DNA of 64,000 bases. It comes from Polymyxa betae A26-41 (Eukaryota > Protista > Endomyxa: Phytomyxea). Below, one piece after another: positions 24,003 to 35,990 of the stretch. The translations under genes were made by a program, and so were the position numbers. The stretch spans positions 1 to 64,000 of the forward strand of contig RBZT01000751.1 in the NCBI GenBank assembly GCA_003693705.1, in the 5' to 3' direction. Within the stretch, counting starts at the first letter, position 1. Each line of letters starts with the position of its first letter. Below the pieces are notes generated by a model, which did not search any database, was not told the DNA's origin, and worked only from the letters and a program-made list of their open reading frames with translations.

Positions 24003-24206
24003 AATGCGGCATCCAAAAATTCGACATAAATTCAGTGAACTTATAAAACGTACCTTTTGGGATGTGCCTCTTGGTGCAGCTTCGGCTATCCATGGCCTCT
24101 GCAGCAAGCTATGATCACGGAAACGTCATAGAACCCGGACTGCCTTAATCGAAAGAGGGAGCACACCAAACTGGACCCTCAAGGACAGTACTTCCCTCTT
24201 TCGACG

Positions 24207-24865
24207 ATGCCTCCAGCGGGAGAATTCGATGCAGATTTCATCCCGCCGTCCATTATGTCTGTCGACGCCAGCCAGGAGAACCTTCGCTTGCGGCAAGAAA
24301 TCGACCAGATTGCCGAACTGCCTCGCGACGGTTTCGCGCCTTGCCAGCTGTCAATCTCAGAACGACTCTGCCCCTTCTGCTACGAATTCTTCGACGACGA
24401 TCAGCACCACGCGATCCGCGAGCCGTGCTGCCCCGCCCGTGTTTGCGCTGCATGCAACGATAAATACCGCTCCAACGTGTGCCCGTTTTGTGAGACGACG
24501 CTGCCAAGAACGCGACGCCAAATCCCAAATCGGAAGAAGGCCAGCCGGCATTCGTGCCCATATGAATCCTGCACGATGTCTTTCCAGAAACCGTGTGCCT
24601 TAGCCAGGCATTTGCGACGGCACACAGGCGAGAAACCCTACGTATGTAGCTTTGAAGGCTGTGGGAAAGCTTTTTCTGAAAAAGGCAACATGAACGTAAC
24701 TGTGGTATGAATTCGGCCAAAACGGGTTTTCATTTTTTCTGACAGAGGCATTGTAATGACGTTCATCGATGTGAGCGACCGCATGTCTGTGAATTTGAGA
24801 ACTGCAATCAGCGATTCGCCCGGAAAAGCCATTTGATTGCACACCAATCGACGCAGCACAAATGA
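24207..24865 (+). CDS. RING-like finger plus three C2H2 zinc fingers
   Basis: CPFC...CC...CAAC...CPFC; C2H2 fingers with TGEKPY linker. Intron 24696-24745 joins MN|RH. Stop TGA 24863-24865. Confidence 0.85.
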
Positions 24866-24924
24866 CACAAAAAATCGCTTGATTGCACTCCAATCGAAGC
24901 AGCACAAATGACACGAAAAATCGC
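24833..24924 (+). repeat. 46-bp tandem duplication spanning the zinc-finger stop codon
   Basis: ttgattgcac.ccaatcga.gcagcacaaatgacac.aaaaatcgc occurs twice, period 46. Confidence 0.9.
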
Positions 24925-25046
24925 TACCGAGTTGTGAAGTGGTGATGGAAGGAATAAGCGGCTACGCCGCTGGGACTGACGGCCAATTCTAGGACCATGT
25001 GCTTGCTCTGTGGTGGGAATGTACGACCAGTCCCATTTGGTTTTCA

Positions 25047-26203
25047 ATGGAAGCTGATCCATTCCAGATGATCGCCACAGCCGAGCCGGCCGGTAAGAAA
25101 TCCAAGAAGGGGAAACCGGCGACCGCCTCGGAAACAACCGCCCACGCTCGTCGCACTAACAGCGATGAAGCGTTCGAGCGCGCCCTGCAATCGGCGGTCA
25201 GCAGCCCGCGACGACGAAGCAGCATCAACCTAGATGACATTTTTCTAAGCTTGCAGGAAAATAATGTAAAAATGTTTTCTGCAGAAGATGAAAAGTTCTC
25301 AAAATGATTTGTTTAGATCTGCGAGGATCCTTATGCTGTCGCCGCTGAATTTATCGGAACCTTCTTGTTCTTATTTGCGACTACTCTCAGCGTGACCTAT
25401 TCCGGCGGGAAGCTGATTAATATCGCCACCTGCTATGGCATCACATTAGCTGTCATCGTCTTCATTACCGGCCCGGTCAGTGGAGGCCATATCAATCCAG
25501 CAGTCACTTTCGCGTTGGCTCTGCATCGTGCTATCAGCCCGAAACAAGCCTTATACTACGTCTTATCCCAGATCTTGGGCGCCATCTGTGGCGTCGCTAT
25601 GGCCTATGGTATTGCCGACGAACTAATCGGGTCGATTTTCGTGAACGAGCGCGTCTCGGTGTCGGCCGGGTTCTTCGGCGAGGCAATCGGTACCTGGTTC
25701 TTGGTGATGACCGTCTTCGCGACAGCCGTGCATCCCAGCGAAGGACGCCAGACCCCAGAGAAGCAGGCGCTTTGCAATCTGGCACCAATGGTCATTGGAT
25801 GGAGTAAGCGCAACTTTTTTATCATCGTTGAATAATTCCACTTGCAAGTCTGCGTTACAGTTTTACGACTGTAGTGTTACAGCCATTAACAGAAGCTCTC
25901 AATGACAGTTGCGAGTCTACGTTACACGTTTACGAGTGTATTGTTACTGCCATTAACAGAAGCTCTCTCATAGGTGTCTGGGCTATGCACTTTGCTCTGG
26001 TTGGCGTCACCGGTTGTGGCATCAACCCGGCTCGATACATCGGGACGGCCATGGTTCTGAACCAATGGAGCGGAACCGAATGGATTTACATTCTGGCACC
26101 GATGTTCGGAGCGCTCGTGGCATTCCCGACTCAGAAGATGATTTACAAGCCAGATCCGGCTGATGAAGAAGAGCTCGCTCTAGACGCCCCTCGTACCGAT
26201 TAA
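25047..26203 (+). CDS. Aquaporin (MIP family)
   Basis: AEFIGTFLFLF, GGHINPAVT, GCGINPARY. H, C and R at filter positions resemble orthodox water channels. Spliced; start uncertain. Confidence 0.92.
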
Positions 26204-26296
26204 AACTCCTGTACTGTTCTAAATATGTGCAAACTAGTAAACTTTTCGCAGTCATATCGTAGCTAGAGAATATATTAGTGGGTTATAATACAGAAA

Positions 26297-28096
26297 TCAC
26301 GATGGCGTCCTTAGAGGTACTTCAAAGGGAGATTTAACGCTTAATGATGTAAGCGTTGTAAGCAGCCTATGCAGAGTGGCTACAAGTTGAAGGTCAAGCA
26401 AAAGAGGAGAGTCCGTCGACGAATCATTCGGCAAGACAGCGCTTGGCTCTGACATTCCCGATAACGACAACATCGTAGATGGCTCTGCGCTAAGCAAAAT
26501 TTTCCCCAAACCGTCAGGGTTTTCCTGAACGAGTTGCTGATATTGAGGATTTTGGCGTAGCCGCGACGTTGCATCGATAAAGATGTTGTGCAAAACTTCC
26601 GAATGACGATTGTTTAGACCACCACGCTCGACATGGACCAGCTCCGTCAGTAGATACCCGACCAAAATCATGGCTTCTTGATTAGGCTTGACAGTCAGCA
26701 ACTTGAAGCAGGCGTCGACAACATCCTCGGCATAGGTCGATTCAGAATCCTGTGATTCTAACGCCACAGAGAGCTGCCGCATCCTGGAAATAGGCTCCGG
26801 TGACCGTGATAGTGTCGTGGGCTCTGACGATAGCAGAGAGGACAGCAAACGCCGTTTCTTGATAGTTTTCTGCGGGCAGAAGTTGATCGATATAAGCAGG
26901 TCATGATCAATCTCTGGGTTCCTCAGAATCGACAGCAAAAGAGCTGCTGCAAATTGCGATATCTCTGAATGCGATAGGTACTCCAACAGGATAGGCCTGG
27001 CTGGATTGGAAAAGACATCGGCGTTCCTTTCCTTCACGGCGGCAATGTCATCGTACAAAGATCTTCCCAAAGTCGGCGAGGCGTCCATTCCTGAAGGCCG
27101 ACCATCGGACGGCAGCGGTTGCAGTAAGCACATTAGCGTAACATTCACCAGAGCGTTGTCGGTGAAGATATGAAAGACTTGGAACAGAACGAAAAGCGCC
27201 AAACGCGGTGATAAAGTGGTGCTTGTCGGCTTTAGCAACGCCTCTAATAGGACTGGAACAATGAAATTTGTTAGCAGCTGCTGAACAAGCACTCGGTTGA
27301 GAGTTTCAATATCCAGACGCAAAATGTCCATGATATAATGGAATTGGTCGATCTGAACATCAAGAAGTCGGGTCAGTTTGTGTTTTGACGACTCAGTTAG
27401 ATTTTGTCGTAGCATGGAATCCACCTCCGATATTTGATTACGAATGAACCAGACCAGATTAGAGAAGTACGGTACAGCGCTGACATCGACGATGAATTTT
27501 CTCAGATCGGAATCGTCAACTTTGTAAACGTTCAATGTCACGGTTCGTACAGCAATGCGCACCATTGCTTCGGAATGGTGAAAGAACTGAATCGCTTGAG
27601 AATAAAGAGGAAATGTACCTTCGTCGCGATTGAAGAAAAACTGCAACGTGTCCCGGTTTAGCTTCAATGAGAGCGTTTTCAGAAACGAGATGTAATAAGC
27701 GATAACTTCTTCGTCGCCAAAATCAAATTGGTGCAGAATCAAAGCATTGATGTGGTTATTTGATAAAAGATAGAAGACAGAAGTCTGCCTGTTGAAGTTC
27801 TGAATCATGATTGATAAAGTCTGCAGAATTTGGACAGTAATTTGGCGATCCAGAGGCAGAGACAAAATACGTAGAAAATGACCTAGAATGTTCTTTTCGC
27901 AGAAGAAATAAAAAACGTGGTCGTTATGCTGATCGCCCCAGATCATCAATTCAGCAATAGAGCGTAAGATTTCTACCACAGCGTCTTTATTAGACTCATC
28001 AACGACGTCATGGGTGATGAGTTCCTCATAGAGATAGCGAAGATTCTCGAGCGAGAATTTGTCGCGAGGGCGACGAGGCCATAGTAGCGACCACAT
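26297..28096 (-). CDS. CLEC16A: CLEC16A/TT9-like FPL-domain protein
   Basis: LRSIAELMIWGDQH, YLLSNNHIN, YYISFLKTLSLKLN, FPLY, MVRIAVRT. Single 599-aa ORF. Confidence 0.92.
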   Translation of the reverse strand: MWSLLWPRRPRDKFSLENLRYLYEELITHDVVDESNKDAVVEILRSIAELMIWGDQHNDHVFYFFCEKNILGHFLRILSLPLDRQITVQILQTLSIMIQNFNRQTSVFYLLSNNHINALILHQFDFGDEEVIAYYISFLKTLSLKLNRDTLQFFFNRDEGTFPLYSQAIQFFHHSEAMVRIAVRTVTLNVYKVDDSDLRKFIVDVSAVPYFSNLVWFIRNQISEVDSMLRQNLTESSKHKLTRLLDVQIDQFHYIMDILRLDIETLNRVLVQQLLTNFIVPVLLEALLKPTSTTLSPRLALFVLFQVFHIFTDNALVNVTLMCLLQPLPSDGRPSGMDASPTLGRSLYDDIAAVKERNADVFSNPARPILLEYLSHSEISQFAAALLLSILRNPEIDHDLLISINFCPQKTIKKRRLLSSLLSSEPTTLSRSPEPISRMRQLSVALESQDSESTYAEDVVDACFKLLTVKPNQEAMILVGYLLTELVHVERGGLNNRHSEVLHNIFIDATSRLRQNPQYQQLVQENPDGLGKILLSAEPSTMLSLSGMSEPSAVLPNDSSTDSPLLLDLQLVATLHRLLTTLTSLSVKSPFEVPLRTPS

Positions 28097-28230
28097 TGAA
28101 GTGCATCCGAGACAGTACTGACTCCCCTGTCGTTCTCAGAACCAAAACATCACCATATCGGATTGTACCCAGCGTCTTGGAAAATGTCAGAATCAGACGC
28201 CTGATAACGAAAAGGGGGGACAGGCGCAGC

Positions 28231-28654
28231 CACCGATACGCTCTTTCATCGATTGCATTTGACATTAGAAGCTCATCATCACTGGTTGTCTTCAGCAAAA
28301 ATGGCTGTTTGAATAATGAAAAATGTCACTCTCGACTGCAGCGACTCCTCTGTTTCAATGGGCTCCTCTTGTATTACTATTTTATCAGCGTATTATTAAT
28401 GTGCTACAATTGCGCTGGACTAAATTTTCCTGAAGATGTCTTCACCGATACGCTCTTTCATCTTTTGCATTTGACATCAGCAGATCATCATCACTGGTTG
28501 TTTTCAGCAAATGGCTGTTTGAATAACGAAAAAATGTCACTCTCGATTGCAGCGACTCCTCTTTTTCAATGGGTTCCACTTGTATTACTATATTATCAGC
28601 GTATTATTATTGTGCTACAATCTCGCTGGACTAAATTTTCCTGAAGATGTCTTC
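28231..28654. repeat. ~212-bp tandem duplication
   Basis: caccgatacgctctttcatc...cctgaagatgtcttca starts at 28231 and again at 28443. It covers the last codons and 3' UTR of the channel gene. Confidence 0.9.
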
Positions 28655-31600
28655 AGCAACAGCGTTTGCGATTTGTTCAGGGATGCACGTGAAGGCGTTA
28701 AACGCAGATCGGATACCTTCGTGTCATTGGATGCTGTTTCGAGCGGTTTTGTCGCCACCAAAGTCGCATCACTCTCGGCCATGAAGAGCTCATTACTGGT
28801 TATCCGGAAGTCAACCAGACGATACAATGAACTGAGATCAATCCTAAAAGAACGTTGAACTTTTCATTTAACAAAGGCAGATGCACGTACAGTGTGCCAT
28901 CATGAGGCGAGGACGGTGCCGATCCGGCAGCATCATTGCGTTTTGATGCACCCAAATGTGTTGTTGGTGACAGGATACCCAGTGGCCTCAAGTTACCATT
29001 CAACAACAGTTTGTCAGTTAACTCGCTGGCTTCAGCCTCGTTGCATTTGAGCTCTTTGCGTATGAAAGCGACAATTTCCTTTCCAGTGTGTAAATTCGTG
29101 CTGACTGGCGATTCAACAGATATGCTGAAGAAGTTGCTGTCTCGGGACAAACAATTCAATGTATCCATCAGCCTCTACCAGAACCTCGTTAGTGTATCGG
29201 AATTCAGATTTCTGAAGGACATCTACCTGATCTTCAAAATCCGATGAATCATGGTGATGTGATGCTAATTCTTCGACGGCTTTTAAGTGCTCTTCTTCAT
29301 TAAACGCCTCGAGAGCAGCCTCAAGTGCATCTGCTGTCAAAGTGCCAAGCGTACATCCTGATAGAATTCAGTCATTCCGAACAGTATGGTTTCGATTCGT
29401 CACATACCGGTATATGTCTGAACAGATGTGTCGCGTAAGCCGATCTTGTTCAAAATGGCTTCTTCACCAAAAAACGAACCGGGTCCCATAAGTGCAGGTT
29501 CATGGCCACTATGCCCCAGAGCTACGACGCCGTCGAGAATAATGTACATATTGCTGCCCATTTCCGACTTCCGATACACGTATTCGTGAGCCGGTATAGA
29601 CATGTACTCGAAACATTCCAAAATGGATTGAATGAGCGACTCGGAAAGGTTTGAGAACATAGGCACTTGACGTACAAACCGAAGAGTAATATGTTCTAAA
29701 ACACGAACTCTCAAAGCTTTTGGCAAATCTGCTATCGCTTCTTTCAATCCGATCCCATGTGTGCCTATTGTTTAAGAATTTTAGTTACGCACAGTAGTTA
29801 CAATGTCTTGGCAAAAGCTGAGACTAGGCAAGAAAAACAGAGGAAACCCGAATAGGACTTACATTCCCAACGGTAGGCAAGATAAGAACGAACACGTTGC
29901 TGTAATGATAGAGGGAACTTCTTGTACTTCATGAAATGATTGATATTGTCGACATCAGCTTGATGAATAAATCGAAGAGGGTTGAAATGGGCGACCAGGA
30001 CACCAACTTCACCGATGAGGAAAGCGACGCCGAACATACCGAACATAGATGAAATAATCAGAAACAGCAACTGGACAACTGAATGCGGCAGCCCTATGCA
30101 AAGCCGTCAACACAGCTTCTAGAGAGTCGAATAGTGACGATGACCTTGAGGTTTGTTACCACGACCAGTTAGAATTTTCAAAGAATGCAGCGTTGCGATG
30201 CTGTATTGAACGAAGAAACTCGCATTCTGAGCGGAAGGTCCAGGTAGAAAATCTAGAGACAACTCAGCGAATTCAACATTGAGCAGAGCACAAATCACCA
30301 TCATCGGTGTCAGCGTATCCTTCAACTTTGACGATGCCGAAATAGCAACACGAGACCAAATGTGTGATCAGAGTGAAGTAAATAATCTGTCTGGACAGCT
30401 TCTGTAGCGTGCTATTCGCTGTAAGGCGTTGTTTAGCAAAACGATACCGAATGAGGCCCAGAAGTCGCGGGAGGCGGAATAGCGGATTGAAGATCTGGAT
30501 AAAATGAAGTGGTAGGAGAGCCATTGCATCAAGAATGAAATAGCCTGTATGCCTTCAGAGAATGATAAACCGATGACAAATGAGCTTAACCTTTGAGGTA
30601 TTTAAGCGCAGTGTCCCAGCGCGACGTTATCAGCTCTCCATACCTTGCATGCTGTTCGTGAAATCGCGCTATGATGCAAAGTGCCGCTCCCAAATCAGCC
30701 AAAGCGTCTAACGATAATACGACCAGAATTGATGGACTCTCCACGTCGAACCCCTGCAGAAAGAAAGTGCATTTTAGCTTGAGATGATACACAGGAAGAA
30801 TACTTTTTGCTCATTCGGCCACTGCTATATGAGAAAAAAGACAAAGAACACAAAGCGCCCCAGAGACAGTGCAGTAAAGGACAAAGGATAACATTGGTAG
30901 GTTTCTGAAGTCGAATTCTTACAATACGAAAAAGAACGGCAAAGGCGTTATAAAGAGCGATTGTATCTTGAACTATCGACAAAGCAAGTGCCACGTTCGA
31001 TCGATAGCTGAAAAGCGGCAATTGAAAGGGCATGCTGAGTTTGGAAACTTCGGTACGTGAAGGTCGACCTTTTTGTATTCCCTTGCCTTAATAAGATATC
31101 AGTATGAAACATTTAAGAGCTGCATTGAGACCTTTGGTCATTTTCGCCATGAATGCAGCTTCAACAGGAAACGCAGCGAGAACCGCTGCGACGTCGGATA
31201 CCTCAAGAACGTACAGTTGGCAGAATGTTCGGGCGATGTACGAGCAGGACACGACCGCTTGTGAGCGTAAGATCTCGTCACCGAACATTTCGCCACGACT
31301 ATATCATCATAAGAATCGTCGTTTTTCTATCAGCAACCACCTTTGTAACACTTTCATCCAGATCTAGAAACCCATTTGGAAAAAAACACGGTACAATTAA
31401 TCAACTGCACAAAAACGAATTCATCCATACCGCAACGAATGCGACTTGGTTCCGCGACGAGGGATGACATCAACGACCCCAAAATTGATAAAACAAATGC
31501 CAAAGGGAGTCTGGCCTTCCGCCATGATTTTCTCTCCTATAAATAATGTCATTCAAAGTCGGCAGAATAGGTCGATATCATGTGTACCGGGAGACCGAAC

Positions 31601-34183
31601 AATCATGCCCATCCGTTTGGCAAGCTCACTAACTACAGAGGCTGGCATTCGTTCGAAGAATTCCACCTAATACCATCTAAGGCAGCGATCTGTAAAAAGC
31701 GGATGACATCGTACTTTACTGAGATGCGTTTGGTATATGAATGACGATACGTCGACACCGATACAAACTGGTAATGTGTTCAGCACTGAGGTAGCATCGA
31801 ACCCTCGCATCGATTCCCATGTATATCTGCAATGATGTCTGTATAGAGCCGAGACGTTATTAACATGTTATTCTACCTGTAAAATTCGAGTAGATCTTGA
31901 CCGAGCTCATCCGGAATCTCATGAGTTGCGATAAACTGCTCCATAATCGTGAGGCGAAGATCAAGGTTCTCTTTACGAGCGGTTCTCCTAAAAATCCTCT
32001 TGAATAGCATTGACAAACGATATTAGGGCTCTAACCTGGAGACCCAGTCTCCTGTTCGACCAATGACATAAGCGAAGAGAAAAGTTCCGATCAAGAACGT
32101 CAAAGTAGTAAACAGATATTGAAAATCACTCTGTGGTGTAGGAGTTTCCCGAAAACCCTATGACAATTCAAGTAAGCTGATTTTGCAGAGAAAGAAAAAA
32201 TGCAAAAAAGAACCCCTGGAGGTAGGTTAAGAATTCGAAAATTTTCAAAGTCATTGAGATAAGAGAGCAGAAATTTGTCGCCATAATGATGAACTTTTCC
32301 GACATGGTACACACCGTCATTATATCCAGAGACCAAGTTAATGCATGTAGATATTGATGTAACAAATCCTGGGAAAGTACATAAGTCTCTATTTTCCACC
32401 CATCCTCCTCATGTGTGCCAATAACGCTGAAGGCGATATATCCACACGCTAACAGATGCGCGACGAACATTGACATGGCCACAACGCCAATTAGCCCTTC
32501 ATAAGATGGTCAAACAGGATAAATAGTTTCCAGCAAATTTTTACCGTTGTCTGACATGTCGTGCTGTCGCTTCGATAGCAGACGACAGATTCGTAGTGAA
32601 CGTAGCAGTCTGGTGGTTAAGCTTGTAGTAATCCACATGCTCATTAGATAGGCATCCTTAATGGGAAATCAACGTCAAGAGGATTGCAGCGCATAGTAAC
32701 CCCACCAAGAAGAGAGGCAGAATCGATATGAGATCTGGTATGAAACTGGATTTGGTGTACATCTTTACGAGGGTGGACCTGTCGGTGATTAACTCGCCCT
32801 TTAGAGATACCGCCTTTACAGAAGTGAGCTTAGTAAAACGAATCTGAAGCTGTATTACCGTGAAAAGCAATATCAGAACACAGCCAATGAAGAGAACATC
32901 AAAGGCCATATCAAATCCTATGAAGACAGTGTGCAGTTCGCTGCTGTCCAGGAAGCAGAGCTCGAATGGGACGGCTAATGCAGTATAACACCATATGAGC
33001 CTTAATGTCCAAACCGTGTAACTCACAAGGAGCGAATAAGGCGATATCACGCCGTTTTGCCAACTGGCAATCATAATAAGCAATGACAAAAGCGTCCACG
33101 AAAACAAAAACAATGCAAACATAAATGAAAAGCCAAGATAATATTACCCAAGAAAGACCCGTCCATTTGACGTATCTACCATATAAGGAGCAGCAACGTC
33201 GATAGACACTGCACGAGCTCTAATCTGCTTCCCTACAGCTCCGCCAACACCTTTTTGTACTGACAAGGATCCACGAGTCATGGAGAAAGACTCGCGATGG
33301 GTTGGTAGGATTGGGTGGTGCTGAGTTCTTGCTGTCAGTGAAATTGCTCATATTGAGAATCGGCTTCTTACGTCTGGCGGCGATGGCAATTCAGAGCCGT
33401 CATCTTCGTCCAAGACAGTTGTATTGCTTGCAACGGCCATGGCTCTTTCTGTAAGAGCATGTGCAGTCGTTATCACCTTCTTTACATTAGATAAACCCAG
33501 AGGAAAACCAGCTACAGAGATTACACGTCGATCCGATATGATACGAGGTGCTCGTGGTTCTCGTTTCTTCTCCAAAGCCTCATCAGCCTGTGCAAATTGT
33601 GTCACTAGACAAATGTAGTTTGAACTAATAATGAGAATTACTGGTTTCCCGGCTATGCCCTCATTCTTGTCCCAAGTCTTAACATCAGCACTAGGGATAT
33701 CCTGCATCTATTACAAGCTCAAGAATGAACCAGCTTTCAGTTAAATATATTACAGAAGCCAGATCAGTATCTGCTCCCGATTCGACATTGAGTGAGAGCC
33801 CGTCTTCTACAGAAGCCTGCAATGCCGCCTAAGGAGCGCCTATGTTAAAAATAATGAAATACTAAATTTCGAATGCGTATCACTTTTCCAATCCTTCGGA
33901 ATGTTTCTAAAAAAGGCGATTCGTGATTTGCTCGTCGAATACCGGTAGACTTAGGAGCGTAGAATCTTGTCGGGACAGAAAACTGATCCCCAGGAACAGG
34001 AACAGTATGAGGCTCCAGAAGTTTCAGCGCAGTGCCAAACGAAGAATGGCGTCTTGCAGACGGTTCGTCTATTGGGAGAGCGCCCAGTATTATTGAAGCA
34101 TCACTAGTAGAAGATCTGCGAGCTTTTCGACGACGAACAATGTCCTCGACAGGAGCGCCATCCTGATCAGGCAGTGATCGCAT
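28615..34183 (-). CDS. Cyclic-nucleotide-gated-like channel with two tandem TM+CNBD units and a C-terminal DEP-like domain
   Basis: Unit 1: S4 LTTRLLRSLR and CNBD MFGDE...ARTFCQLY. Unit 2: S4 FRLPRLLGLIR and CNBD VPMFSNLSE...GSFFGE...RDTSV. C-terminus TGKEIVAFIRKELKCNEAEASELTDKLLLNGNL. Many introns; start approximate. Confidence 0.82.
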
Positions 34184-34285
34184 TGAGAGGAGGCATAAGC
34201 TAATGTACGACCAGAATCTGTGATTTGAAGGACGTACTATCGATCGAGTTGCAGCATTGTACATCTTATCCAATAGATACAAACT

Positions 34286-35704
34286 TCAAGATCCTGCCCA
34301 TGGTTTATTTGCATTTCGGTGATGACGTACAATTCCAAGAGACATATCTATCACTGAATTTGGATCCATATCCGTGATCGACAACCCGGCGGTACTATAG
34401 CTGTAGGCAATTTGATTACACCTTATGAACTCAGTTTTGAAAATAACATTACAATGAATGCAATAAATCAGGATCCGAACCCGGCATTTTACCGAATCCG
34501 CCAATTCTGCACTTGCAAGACAACAAAAAGTCGCGATTCGATTCGGATGACGTCATATGCGTTGCATTCAACAGTTCTATTGTGGCACCGACTAAGATCA
34601 TTGAATAAGACAAGCCAAAATGGAATCAACATTACGAATTTTTACCCCAAAAACTATAACAGGAGTCCTGATCCTTATTTACACGGCCACAAAATCCTTG
34701 GCCCTGTTGGTATAGACACCAACGTAGCAGCTTTGACCTTTGTCTAGAAGTCAACCTGTCAAGCGTCCCCATAAGGCATAATGAGGCGACCGATACGTAG
34801 GTGGAACCGCCTGATACCCGTATTCAATAAGCTTGTGAAATCGCAAATGTGAATTTTTACCGTGTCCTTCCAAACCTGGTTGTAATCCGAACGCTCCATC
34901 GAAATTTAAACAGTTCAACACAAATCGGGTGGCAGCATCGCGATCAACACCGCTCCAGTCGTTCAAAAATGTCGAGATAGCGCAGCTATTCCTTCGTTAA
35001 GAACTGGTAACAGTGTTGTTTGATATTTACGCGCAATACACAAATCTAGTATCGGTTTCCTCGCTGTCGACGCTTGGACCAAAACTGAACTTAATGCTCT
35101 TAAAAGCGGAAAACGACACAGATAACGATTGTGACCTGCCGTTTTCTCGCTGAAGATAACGAAGCGACGATATGATCGAGTTTTGATCTATCCCAGCAAA
35201 ACGTTTACGACCCAGCATATGTAAGACAGCAACTGGTTGAATAGTCGGTAAAAGGTCCCAAAGCAAGTCTAAGCTACTGACGGGCGGTATAAGTCATAGC
35301 AAGATGACCCTCGTTATATGGATGGGCATTACCATCTGATTCGGTATCCCATTTTAGACCCAGCCATGATCCACCACGAAAGCCACCATACTGGTCTATG
35401 TTCTAATATTAAAACAACCATCATGAAATTAACCGGATTTACTCAAAACCACAAAAATAAACTCTGAGATCAAACCTTTCCTACTATCAAGGACCTGCTG
35501 ATGCAAAACCCACTCGCAAATCCGATCGGCATCGTCGCCTTCAGGGACGGCACCAAGCAGATCAAGAGCGCCCACGATAAAGTACAGCAAGGTCATACGA
35601 TTCGGACACAGACTCAGATAAGCGCCCGGCAGATGCCTGAGATGGGCCAAATAGAACCGGGTCTCGACATCGATGTCCAATGAAGATGTCAGTCCACAGG
35701 ACAT
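34286..35704 (-). CDS. PGGT1B: Geranylgeranyltransferase type-1 beta subunit
   Basis: NRMTLLYFIVGALDLLG, GHLAMTY, DTRFVYCA, FDGAFGLQPGLEGHG, DQDSCYSF. Multi-exon. Confidence 0.88.
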
Positions 35705-35990
35705 TTTCAAACTAAGAGCGGATGAGCGAAGGCCGCTCCGCCAACCAGGGTCACCTGAAGCTGAATATAATTTAATAAGTGAAACAAATGATAAGGAACC
35801 CTTGACCCTTCCCCCCCGTCGCCACTAGTAAGCGTTGCCATATCTGACGTATCTAATATTGGATCCGCGGAAAAACAGTCGCGGGTCGAATTGAATAATT
35901 TGAACGAGCCATTCGTCTACCATTTCGACCAAGTCCAGAGGCCGCGTTGTCGGAAGTTGAGTATCTCGAACGATCGGGAGCCGAATCGAA

